DNA of 38,208 nucleotides from Eubacteriales bacterium (GTDB lineage Bacteria; Bacillota; Clostridia; Oscillospirales; JAAYXM01). Shown in pieces: positions 9,100-17,270 of the stretch (positions are counted from its first letter, which is position 1; each line of letters opens with the position of its first letter). Both the position numbers and the translations under genes were made by a program. The notes under the pieces were generated by a model. It made no database searches. It saw nothing but the letters and a program-made list of their open reading frames with translations, and was not told the origin of the DNA. The stretch is taken from assembly GCA_045595605.1 (NCBI GenBank), contig JAZOAS010000133.1, forward strand, positions 1-38,208, read 5' to 3'.

Positions 9100-11727
9100 A
9101 TGAAACAGATTGCGGCGGGAATCCTTGCTCATGTTGACGCCGGAAAGACAACGCTCTCCGAGGGGCTTTTATACACCGCGGGGGAGATACGAAGGCTCGG
9201 CAGAGTAGATGCAAGGGACAGCTTTCTTGACACAAATGAAATAGAGCGAAAAAGGGGTATTACCATTTTTTCAAAGCAAGCGGTTATTACTTTGAAAAAC
9301 TCGGTGATAACTCTTCTTGACACGCCCGGACATGTGGATTTTGCGGCAGAGGCAGAGAGAACTCTCTCTGTGCTCGACTATGCGATTCTCGTGATAAGTG
9401 CGACTGACGGCGTTCAGAGCCATACAAAGACCTTGTGGGAAATGCTTGAACGGCACAAACTTCCGGTTTTTGTTTTTATAAACAAAATGGACCTTGCAGG
9501 TAGTGATAAAGCTTCGGTTATCGAGAATCTGAAAGCCGAGTTTGGCGGAAACTTTGTAGATTTTACAGAGAGTCGCGAAGCAGTTTCGGAAAACCTTGCC
9601 GTATGTGATGAAGCTCTTATGGAGGAGTTTCTTGAAGGTGCGCTCTCCGAGGAAAGTGTTGCAAAGGCTATACGAAAGAGAAGTGTATTTCCGTGCTTTG
9701 CTGGTTCCGCGCTTAAAATGGAGGGGGTTGAAGGCTTCCTCAACGCGTTTGATATGCTCATTCGTGAAACTCCTGCAATGCAGGAGTTCGGCGCGAAGGT
9801 CTTCAAGATAAGTCAGGATGACAAGGGAAATCGCCTTACATTCATAAAGGTCACGGGCGGAAGCCTTAAGGTGCGAAATACAATCGAATCCGAAAAGGGA
9901 TTAAACGAAAAAGTCAACGAAATTCGCATTTATTCCGGAGAGAAATACAGAACGGTGGACGAGGCGCTACCGGGATGTGTATGTGCGGTGACAGGGCCGA
10001 AAAAGACGGTAGCGGGGCAGGGGCTCGGGTTTGAAAAAAAGGCGCTTGAGCTTACCGCTGAGCCGATATTTTCCTACCGCGTAATTCTTCCCAAGGGCGT
10101 TGACCCGACTGTTGCTCTCGGGAAGTTCAAGGAACTTGAGCAGGAGGAAACCCAGCTTCGTGTCAGCTGGAGCGAACAGCTTCGCGAGATTCAGTTAAGG
10201 CTTATGGGCGAGATTCAGCTTGAGGTTTTAAAACAGCTTATCCTTAAACGCTTTGATATGCCTGTTGAGTTTGAGGAAGGGCGTATCGTATATAAAGAGA
10301 CTATTGAGAACACGGTTGAGGGTGTTGGCCATTTTGAACCGCTTCGCCACTATGCCGAAGTGCATCTCGTTCTATCGCCGCTTTCTAAAGGGGCGGGAAT
10401 GCAGTTTGAGGTTGACTGCCCCGAGAGCGTTCTTGATAAAAATTGGCAGAGGCTTGTCCTCACTCACCTTATGGAGAAACAGCATGTCGGCGTCCTGACA
10501 GGCTCGCCGATAACCGATATAAAAATAACGCTCAAGACGGGTGCTGCGCACATAAAACATACCGAGGGTGGAGATTTCCGTGAGGCGACATACCGCGCGG
10601 TGAGAAATGGTCTTATGCGCGCGCAGTCGGTTCTCCTTGAGCCGTATTATCACTTTGTGATAGAGCTTCCGCCGATAAACCTCGGTCGTGCGATGACCGA
10701 CCTTGAGCTTCTGGGCGCTGAATTCTCTATGGACCGTCACAGTGGCGACAAGGCAAAAATAGAGGGCAGAGCGCCTGCCGCGGCGATTCGCAACTACCAG
10801 CAGGAGATAACCGCTTACACTCGCGGTGAGGGGAGAATCTCGTGCGCGTTTGACGGCTACGGCAAATGCAAAAACGCTGATGAGGTCATAGAGAAAATTG
10901 GCTATAACGCAGAGTCTGATGTCGAAAATACCGCAGACTCCGTTTTCTGTGCACATGGCGCAGGGTTTAATGTAAAATGGTACGATGTCGAGGAGTATAT
11001 GCACCTTGAAAGCGTGCTCAAGCCAAAGGTGACAGAAAGTGAAAAAACTCGCTCAAGAAACTTCCACGCGTCTGAAGATGAGCTTATGGAAATTTTCGAG
11101 AAGACCTACGGAAAAATTAAGCGCAGGCTTCCGTCTGATGACGTGCCCGTAAAAAGAGACGAGCCGGCAAAGGAGTTCAAACCTCGCCCGCAGAATAAAG
11201 GCGAGAAAAGCTATCTTCTCATTGACGGCTTCAACATCATTTTTGCGTGGGATGAGATGAAAAAGATTGCCGAAAAGAGCCTTGAAGAGGCGCGAGAGAC
11301 GCTTATCTTAAAGCTTTCGGTTTATAATGTGTTTACTGATTATGAGATAATTTTAGTGTTTGACGCGTACAAGGTAAAGGGCAACCGCGGTGAGGTAGAA
11401 ACTGACCACGGAATCACAGTTGTTTATACAAAAGAAGCGCAGACGGCAGACGCCTATATCGAAAAAGCCGCGCGCACTCTTTCCCGTCAGCATAAGGTAA
11501 CTGTTGCAACCTCGGACAGACTTGAGCAGATGATTATTTTCGGAAGCGGTGCATACCGACTTCCTGCAAGTCATCTTGAGCGCGAGATAAGAAATATAGA
11601 AAGCTCGGTTACGGAAACCGTCAAGGAGCATAACCTTAAAACAGACAGTAAAGTTTTCTCGGAAGACTTTGCTGAAAAACTGCTTGAATGGCAGAGGAGA
11701 AATTCCGCTTGCGAAGATAATGATTAA
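9100..11727 (+). CDS. Tet/EF-G-like translational GTPase fused to a C-terminal NYN (YacP/Rae1-like) RNase domain
   Basis: G1 AHVDAGKTT, G2 RGITI, G3 DTPGH, G4 NKMD, LLEPY. C-terminal LLIDGFN, VFDAY, TADAYIE, VATSD. Confidence 0.9.
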   Translation: MKQIAAGILAHVDAGKTTLSEGLLYTAGEIRRLGRVDARDSFLDTNEIERKRGITIFSKQAVITLKNSVITLLDTPGHVDFAAEAERTLSVLDYAILVISATDGVQSHTKTLWEMLERHKLPVFVFINKMDLAGSDKASVIENLKAEFGGNFVDFTESREAVSENLAVCDEALMEEFLEGALSEESVAKAIRKRSVFPCFAGSALKMEGVEGFLNAFDMLIRETPAMQEFGAKVFKISQDDKGNRLTFIKVTGGSLKVRNTIESEKGLNEKVNEIRIYSGEKYRTVDEALPGCVCAVTGPKKTVAGQGLGFEKKALELTAEPIFSYRVILPKGVDPTVALGKFKELEQEETQLRVSWSEQLREIQLRLMGEIQLEVLKQLILKRFDMPVEFEEGRIVYKETIENTVEGVGHFEPLRHYAEVHLVLSPLSKGAGMQFEVDCPESVLDKNWQRLVLTHLMEKQHVGVLTGSPITDIKITLKTGAAHIKHTEGGDFREATYRAVRNGLMRAQSVLLEPYYHFVIELPPINLGRAMTDLELLGAEFSMDRHSGDKAKIEGRAPAAAIRNYQQEITAYTRGEGRISCAFDGYGKCKNADEVIEKIGYNAESDVENTADSVFCAHGAGFNVKWYDVEEYMHLESVLKPKVTESEKTRSRNFHASEDELMEIFEKTYGKIKRRLPSDDVPVKRDEPAKEFKPRPQNKGEKSYLLIDGFNIIFAWDEMKKIAEKSLEEARETLILKLSVYNVFTDYEIILVFDAYKVKGNRGEVETDHGITVVYTKEAQTADAYIEKAARTLSRQHKVTVATSDRLEQMIIFGSGAYRLPASHLEREIRNIESSVTETVKEHNLKTDSKVFSEDFAEKLLEWQRRNSACEDND

Positions 11728-11746
11728 TGGGAGAATGGTGTCAGAT

Positions 11747-12889
11747 ATGAAGAAGATTGTTGTCGCGATAGACTCCTTCAAGGGAAGCCTATCAACTTTT
11801 GAAGCGGGGAGCGCAATAGAATCCGCAGCAAAAGAGGTTTTTGAGGATATTGAAGTTGTAATATCCCCGATTGCAGACGGCGGCGAGGGAACTGTTGACG
11901 CCATAATCTCGGCGACAGGTGGAGAGCTTTTCGAGGCGGAGGTCTCAAACCCGCTCGGAAAGAGAATAAAAGCAACTTACGGATTTATAAAAGAAACAAA
12001 AACTGCGATTATCGAGATGTCAGCCGCGGCGGGGATTACGCTTATAGGAGAGTGTGAGAGAAACCCGATGAATACAACGACCTACGGTGTCGGGGAGATG
12101 ATACTTGACGCAGTTTCAAAGGGAGCGCGTAAGTTTCTTATAGGAATCGGCGGAAGTGCGACGAATGACGGCGGTATTGGCATGCTCAAGGCTCTCGGTT
12201 TTGAGTTTCTTGATAAGGACGGACGCGATATTCCGCTCGGCGCAAAAGGGCTTTCTGTTCTTTCGGAAATCAGGATAGCGCGGGCGAATGAAATCCTAAA
12301 GGAGTGCTCATTCTCGGTCGCGTGTGATGTGAAAAATGTTTTGTGCGGGGAGACCGGTTGCAGCGCAGTTTACGGTCCTCAGAAGGGCGCAACTCCCAAG
12401 ATGATAAAGGAAATGGATGAGGCGCTTTTAAAATATGCAGAGCTCACAAAAAAGATAATTCCTCAGGCAGACCCCGACAGGGAAGGTGCAGGCGCGGCAG
12501 GCGGAATGGGCTTTGCGCTTATGTCATATCTTAATGCAAGCCTCCAGTCAGGTATTGAGCTTGTGATGAAAGAAACGGGTCTTGATGAGCATGTAAAGGA
12601 TGCAGACCTTGTAATAACCGGCGAGGGTAGGCTTGACGGACAGTCGTACATGGGCAAAGCTCCGATAGGAGTTGCGCGCCTTTCAAAAAAACATAATAAG
12701 CCTGTTATCGCGTTTTCAGGTTGCGTAACAGAAGACGCGCATCTCTGCAACGACCACGGGATAGACGCTTTCTTCCCGATTGTCAGAAAGCCGTGCACGC
12801 TTGAAGAGGCAATGGATATAGAAAATGCAAAAAAGAATTTAAAAGAAACGGCAATTCAGGTCTTAAGACTTATTAATACAAAGTTTTAA
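11747..12889 (+). CDS. glxK: Glycerate kinase
   Basis: DSFKGSL, PIADGGEG, GGSATNDGG, GAAGG, TGEGRLD. Start placed at MKKIVV. Confidence 0.93.
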   Translation: MKKIVVAIDSFKGSLSTFEAGSAIESAAKEVFEDIEVVISPIADGGEGTVDAIISATGGELFEAEVSNPLGKRIKATYGFIKETKTAIIEMSAAAGITLIGECERNPMNTTTYGVGEMILDAVSKGARKFLIGIGGSATNDGGIGMLKALGFEFLDKDGRDIPLGAKGLSVLSEIRIARANEILKECSFSVACDVKNVLCGETGCSAVYGPQKGATPKMIKEMDEALLKYAELTKKIIPQADPDREGAGAAGGMGFALMSYLNASLQSGIELVMKETGLDEHVKDADLVITGEGRLDGQSYMGKAPIGVARLSKKHNKPVIAFSGCVTEDAHLCNDHGIDAFFPIVRKPCTLEEAMDIENAKKNLKETAIQVLRLINTKF

Positions 12890-12903
12890 GGGGAGAAAGT
12901 AAT

Positions 12904-14280
12904 ATGTTTTCTTGCGACACAATGATAGTCAATGCGTCCCATTCGGCATACGGGAAAAACATTTTGGCTAAAAACAGCGACAGACCTACGGGAGAGCCGC
13001 AACCCCTGTGCTATTACGAGGGAAAAACCTATTCTGAGGGCGAAACGGTAAAGATAACCCATTCGGAAATTCCGCAGGTCAGAAAGACCTATTCCGTTGT
13101 TGGCTCAAGACCGTACTGGATATGGGGCTTTGAGATGGGCTACAACGAAAAAGGCGTTGTAATAGGTAACGAGGCAGAAGGCTCGCGTTCAGAGCCCGAG
13201 AAAGAAGACGGAATTCTGGGAATGGACCTTCTCCGCCTTGCGCTTGAGCGTGCGGCAACGGCAAGGGAAGCGATTTCCGTTATCACAGGCTTGCTCGAAA
13301 AATACGGTCAGAAGGCAAATGCGAATCCCTTGATGGCAAAAACCTACGAAAATAGCTTCATAATTTCCGATAAAGATGAATGCTGGGTTTTGGAAACTGC
13401 GGGGCGCCAGTGGGCGGCGAAGCAGATAAAAACCGTGCAGGGAATTTCAAACTGCTATTCAATCAGGCAGGAAATGGATATGGTATCTGCAAATGCTGAG
13501 AAGATAGCGAGGGAAAAACGCTGGCTCCTGCCGGATGAGCCTTTTGACTTTGCAAAGGCGTATTCCGGAAGGCTTGTCGCACAGCCATTGGGAGTACAGA
13601 GGTTCAGAAGGCTTAATAAGCTTCTTGGCGAAAAAGAAACCCATAGCTTTGAATCTCTTGCAAGTATTCTGCGCGACCATTTTGACGGTGAAATTATATC
13701 TGAGAGGTTTGGCGAAACTTCGGGGACCTTTATGAGTATCTGTATGCATATGCGCGATTGGGCAGAGAGTGAAACCTCTGCATCGCTTCTTGCCCGTTAT
13801 GATGACGAGCTTGGAATAATTGCACGATATGCTCCGGTACAGCCGTGTCTTTCAGCGTATATTCCGGTATATATGGTAGGACCATTGCCTTCGAAAATGG
13901 AGACTGCGGAAAAGCTTTTTGACGAGAATTCGCTTTGGTGGCAGGTTAAACTCCTGAGCCTTCTCGTTACGGTTGATGAAGACGCGTATGCAGATGAGGT
14001 GAGAGTAAAGCTTAAAGAGCTTGAAAAAACATTTTCCGAAAAGGCGGAAAAAGCCGAGGATAAAGCGCGCGAGCTTATCAGAGACGGAAAGAGAAATGAG
14101 GCAAACTCTCTTTTATATTCCGTCACAGAGGAATGTACAGAGGCGCTTTACAATTTTGCGAAAGAGGAAGGCGCGCGTGTAGGTGAAAGCATAAAGGCCA
14201 AAGGCGGGCTCTACGGCAGACAGAAGGAAGCGATTGAAAAGTATTTCGATTATGCCAAAGTGCCGTGGAGTGAAGCTTAA
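12904..14280 (+). CDS. Peptidase C69 / secernin-like Ntn hydrolase
   Basis: N-terminal CDT nucleophile, AKNSDR, WGFEMGYNEKGV, GMDLLRLALER. Confidence 0.88.
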   Translation: MFSCDTMIVNASHSAYGKNILAKNSDRPTGEPQPLCYYEGKTYSEGETVKITHSEIPQVRKTYSVVGSRPYWIWGFEMGYNEKGVVIGNEAEGSRSEPEKEDGILGMDLLRLALERAATAREAISVITGLLEKYGQKANANPLMAKTYENSFIISDKDECWVLETAGRQWAAKQIKTVQGISNCYSIRQEMDMVSANAEKIAREKRWLLPDEPFDFAKAYSGRLVAQPLGVQRFRRLNKLLGEKETHSFESLASILRDHFDGEIISERFGETSGTFMSICMHMRDWAESETSASLLARYDDELGIIARYAPVQPCLSAYIPVYMVGPLPSKMETAEKLFDENSLWWQVKLLSLLVTVDEDAYADEVRVKLKELEKTFSEKAEKAEDKARELIRDGKRNEANSLLYSVTEECTEALYNFAKEEGARVGESIKAKGGLYGRQKEAIEKYFDYAKVPWSEA

Positions 14281-14288
14281 ATACGGAG

Positions 14289-14317
14289 TTGTCTTTTTGG
14301 GAAAAATATGATATAGT
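14289..14317 (+). promoter_or_regulatory. Sigma-A-type promoter for the PRTase gene
   Basis: TTGTCT-17 nt-TATAGT with extended TG. Confidence 0.6.
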
Positions 14318-14354
14318 AAAGATATCAGAGAAAGAAAAGGAGCAACAACCTGAA

Positions 14355-14918
14355 ATGAAAGAGTTTTATACAATAGACATAGCGGGACTTAAGCGAGACC
14401 TTACACTTTGCAAATTGAACGAAAGCTTGTATATCGGCGCTTTCGTAATGTTTGGAGATGTCGAGCTTACAAAAAAAGCGGCAGAGGAGCTTCTCAAACG
14501 CGCTCCTGAGTATGATGTTATGATTACTGCTGAATCAAAGGGCATACCGCTTTTGTATGAAATGGCGCGTCAGGCGGGAACAAACTATTACATAATTGCG
14601 AGAAAGTCTCCGAAGCTCTATATGAAGGACATAATAAGCGTGGAGGTCGATTCCATAACCACCAGCCACAGACAGACGCTGTATCTCGACTCGAAGGATA
14701 TCGAAGCTATGAGAGGAAAACGCGTTCTTGTTGTCGATGATGTTATAAGTACGGGCGAATCACTTGCAGCGCTTGAAAAGCTTATTACCGCTGCGGGCGG
14801 AAACATTGTTGCAAAAATGGCGGTTCTTGCAGAGGGCGATGCTATCGACAGGAAGGATATAACATACCTTGCTCCGCTTCCGCTCTTTGACACAGAAGGA
14901 AACCCAATAAACGATTAA
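14355..14918 (+). CDS. Adenine/purine phosphoribosyltransferase family protein
   Basis: TAESKG, ARK, PRPP motif VVDDVISTGES. ATG 14355 after SD AAGGAG. Confidence 0.88.
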   Translation: MKEFYTIDIAGLKRDLTLCKLNESLYIGAFVMFGDVELTKKAAEELLKRAPEYDVMITAESKGIPLLYEMARQAGTNYYIIARKSPKLYMKDIISVEVDSITTSHRQTLYLDSKDIEAMRGKRVLVVDDVISTGESLAALEKLITAAGGNIVAKMAVLAEGDAIDRKDITYLAPLPLFDTEGNPIND

Positions 14919-14920
14919 TT

Positions 14921-14958
14921 AAAAAGACAATTTCTGAATACAGAAATTGTCTTTTTTT
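14921..14958 (+). terminator. Intrinsic terminator
   Basis: AAAAAGACAATTTCTG-aata-CAGAAATTGTCTTTTTTT. Confidence 0.85.
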
Positions 14959-14975
14959 ATTTTGTGTGATATTAT
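14947..14975 (+). promoter_or_regulatory. Sigma-A-type promoter for the GNAT gene
   Basis: TTGTCT-17 nt-TATTAT with extended TG. Confidence 0.6.
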
Positions 14976-15010
14976 GTAGATGTAAGATGTTTTCTTGGAG
15001 ATGGGATATT

Positions 15011-15478
15011 ATGGAGATAGTAAGGCTTACGGACAAAAACAGCCCTGTTTTTGAAAAGGTGGTTTTGTGGAACTATAACTGGTGGGGTTCGCCTTCGGGA
15101 AAAAGCCTTGACGAGGTAAGGTGTACGCTTGAACATTCGCTGATGACAGAGCGCCTTCCTCAGACCTTTGTTGCAATTGAAAATGGCGAGGCGCTTGGGA
15201 TGTATCAGCTCTCTATGCACGATGACCTCGCAGGCAGGCCCGATATCTACCCGTGGCTTATAAATGTGTATGTGGATGAAAAATTCCGCGGTCGCGGTGT
15301 GTGTGCGGAAATGATGAAAACGGTAGAGGAGAACGCGCGAAAAGCAAAGCTCTCCGAGCTTTATCTTTACACGAAGCATATAGGACTCTATGAAAAATAC
15401 GGTTGGGAGTTTATCGAATATGTGAAAACATTTGATGAAGCTTCGCCGATTGAAAGACTTTATAAACTTCACTATTAA
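15011..15478 (+). CDS. GNAT family N-acetyltransferase
   Basis: PWLINVYV, acetyl-CoA motif RGRG, LYEKYGW. ATG 15011. Confidence 0.88.
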   Translation: MEIVRLTDKNSPVFEKVVLWNYNWWGSPSGKSLDEVRCTLEHSLMTERLPQTFVAIENGEALGMYQLSMHDDLAGRPDIYPWLINVYVDEKFRGRGVCAEMMKTVEENARKAKLSELYLYTKHIGLYEKYGWEFIEYVKTFDEASPIERLYKLHY

Positions 15479-15513
15479 AAATAACGGGAAAGCAAATGCT
15501 TTCCCGTTATTTT
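15478..15513. terminator. Bidirectional intrinsic terminator between GNAT and AraC
   Basis: AAAATAACGGGAAAGCA-aa-TGCTTTCCCGTTATTTT between convergent genes. Confidence 0.88.
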
Positions 15514-16315
15514 ATATGATATTTGTTTTTCTGTACTCAGTAGGAGAAAGTCCGTAGCGTGCTTTAAAACAACGCGAAAAATAGAATTGGTCATAAAATT
15601 TGAACTTTTCGCTTATTTCTCCTATTGAAAGTTCGTTTTGCCGCAGAAGCTGTTCTGCTTCAAACATGATTTTGTCAAACAGGTACTCGTGAAGAGACAT
15701 TCCCATCTCCTCACGGAAGCGTTTTGTAAGCGTGCTCTTTGAGACGAGTGCTTCTTTTAAGACATCTTCATTTGAAAGATTGAGAGTGAGGTTTCGGTTA
15801 ATATATTTTATAGCTCTCTTGACACAGGGAGAGAAGTCGCGTGTCTCGAGATAGATGTTGTTTTTGTTAAGAAGAGAGAAAAGAACTCTCTCAATGAACT
15901 GATGCACATACATACAGCTTAAAGTGTCGCTCGCATCAAGATAATCTGTCAGAAACTCGGGGTTGAGGGACGGGTCATCAAGCGATATTGGAGAAGGGCA
16001 ATTACGGAGAAGGTCTGATTCGTCAAGAGAAGAAATTTTGAGGTGAAAATATATATGTTCCATTTGTTCTTCACATTCAAATGAAAAAGAGCAACCACTC
16101 GGAAGGAGATACCAGCGTGACGGTGCGAGGGAGATTTTTTCTCCGTTTGACAACGTTATGGAGGCGAAGCCTCCCGTAATATAATAAAGTCTCGAGTAGG
16201 AGGGCGAGATAACTGTTCCGTTCCAGGTATTATCTACCTGCGCCCGTCCGAAGACAAGCAGTGGGATTTTTATTCTGTTTGCTTCATTACATAAGGCAGA
16301 GTTAATTTTTATCAT
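15512..16315 (-). CDS. AraC family transcriptional regulator (267 aa)
   Basis: Cupin-like N-terminus, C-terminal HTH with FYDQFYFSRCFKARYGLSPTEYR. ATG 16315 with SD GGAG. Confidence 0.92.
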   Translation of the reverse strand: MIKINSALCNEANRIKIPLLVFGRAQVDNTWNGTVISPSYSRLYYITGGFASITLSNGEKISLAPSRWYLLPSGCSFSFECEEQMEHIYFHLKISSLDESDLLRNCPSPISLDDPSLNPEFLTDYLDASDTLSCMYVHQFIERVLFSLLNKNNIYLETRDFSPCVKRAIKYINRNLTLNLSNEDVLKEALVSKSTLTKRFREEMGMSLHEYLFDKIMFEAEQLLRQNELSIGEISEKFKFYDQFYFSRCFKARYGLSPTEYRKTNII

Positions 16316-16441
16316 GGTCAAATCTCCATATCTTGTGGTCGATTTTCTATTGTTATAATAAGAAAAAACGACTATGATGTAGCTATGATATACATATTGT
16401 ATCATGTATAAAAAACTATTCAATAACAAGGAGAGATTTTT

Positions 16442-17236
16442 ATGAAACTTCGTGATAATTTCTGGATATGGGGGCACCCGACAAACAGCCTTTTAAACTC
16501 ATTCGGCATTGACCGCAAGTCAGATATGCCGCCTGTTGAAGGAACATACTATCTCGGCGCAACAAAAACATTTCTTGTTCCTATGGGACGCCCGTGCGAC
16601 AGAAAGGCTGAAAGTGAGCTTGCATGTGATATTGCAGAAATCGGCTGGTCAATTGAACTTGCAAAGGATCATCCGGAGAACGTTACGGAAGTCTGCGAAC
16701 TTTCAAAGACATATAAGAACATATCAAGAGGTATTTTTCACGACTTTTTCAGCCCGTCAAACGAGGCAAACAATTTTAAAAATTACACCCCTGAAATGAT
16801 ACGAGGATATCGCAAGGAGCTCAATGCGGCAGGCCTTGAACTCTGGTGCGTTCTTTATACCGAGAACTTCCGCCAGACAGATATGGAAACAATACAGAGT
16901 TTCCTTGATGAGTTTGACGGCATAAGCCTCTGGTTCTGGAACGAGAAAGAAGTGCTTGAGGATTACGATAAATATATAGATATTTTCCTCAAGGTTGCAC
17001 GCGATAAAAAGCGCCTTGTCGGATGCTATATCTACGACTTCGGCGCAGCGGCACCGGCAACCTCAAAAGCAGTTATCTACCAGCTTGAAAAAGCAAGGGA
17101 AATGATTAAAAATGGCGATATCGGAGGCGTAATTCTTCATACTAATGCTGTTGTTGCAGCACCGGGAGAGGAACCGTATGAGGCGGTTGAAACATGTGTT
17201 TCCTGGATGAAAGAAAACGGAGACGAAGAAATTTAA
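16442..17236 (+). CDS. Hypothetical protein, possibly an alpha/beta-barrel hydrolase
   Basis: SD AAGGAG, 264 aa. Alternating short strands (FWIWGH, GIFHDFF, LWCVLY, ISLWFW, GCYIYDF) and helices. Confidence 0.75.
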   Translation: MKLRDNFWIWGHPTNSLLNSFGIDRKSDMPPVEGTYYLGATKTFLVPMGRPCDRKAESELACDIAEIGWSIELAKDHPENVTEVCELSKTYKNISRGIFHDFFSPSNEANNFKNYTPEMIRGYRKELNAAGLELWCVLYTENFRQTDMETIQSFLDEFDGISLWFWNEKEVLEDYDKYIDIFLKVARDKKRLVGCYIYDFGAAAPATSKAVIYQLEKAREMIKNGDIGGVILHTNAVVAAPGEEPYEAVETCVSWMKENGDEEI

Positions 17237-17270
17237 GGTAAATCGTATTTTTCAGGACGGAAGTGAAAAT

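Noticed and set aside
9100-11727. Tetracycline resistance gene tetM/tetO/tetW
   Set aside because: Lacks the YSPVST loop, carries an extra ~230-aa C-terminal region with an NYN domain, and has no mobile-element context.
16370-16408. CTATGAT direct repeat and weak ATGATA...TATCAT palindrome as an AraC operator
   Set aside because: Short, AT-rich and not reproduced upstream of the paralogous AraC.
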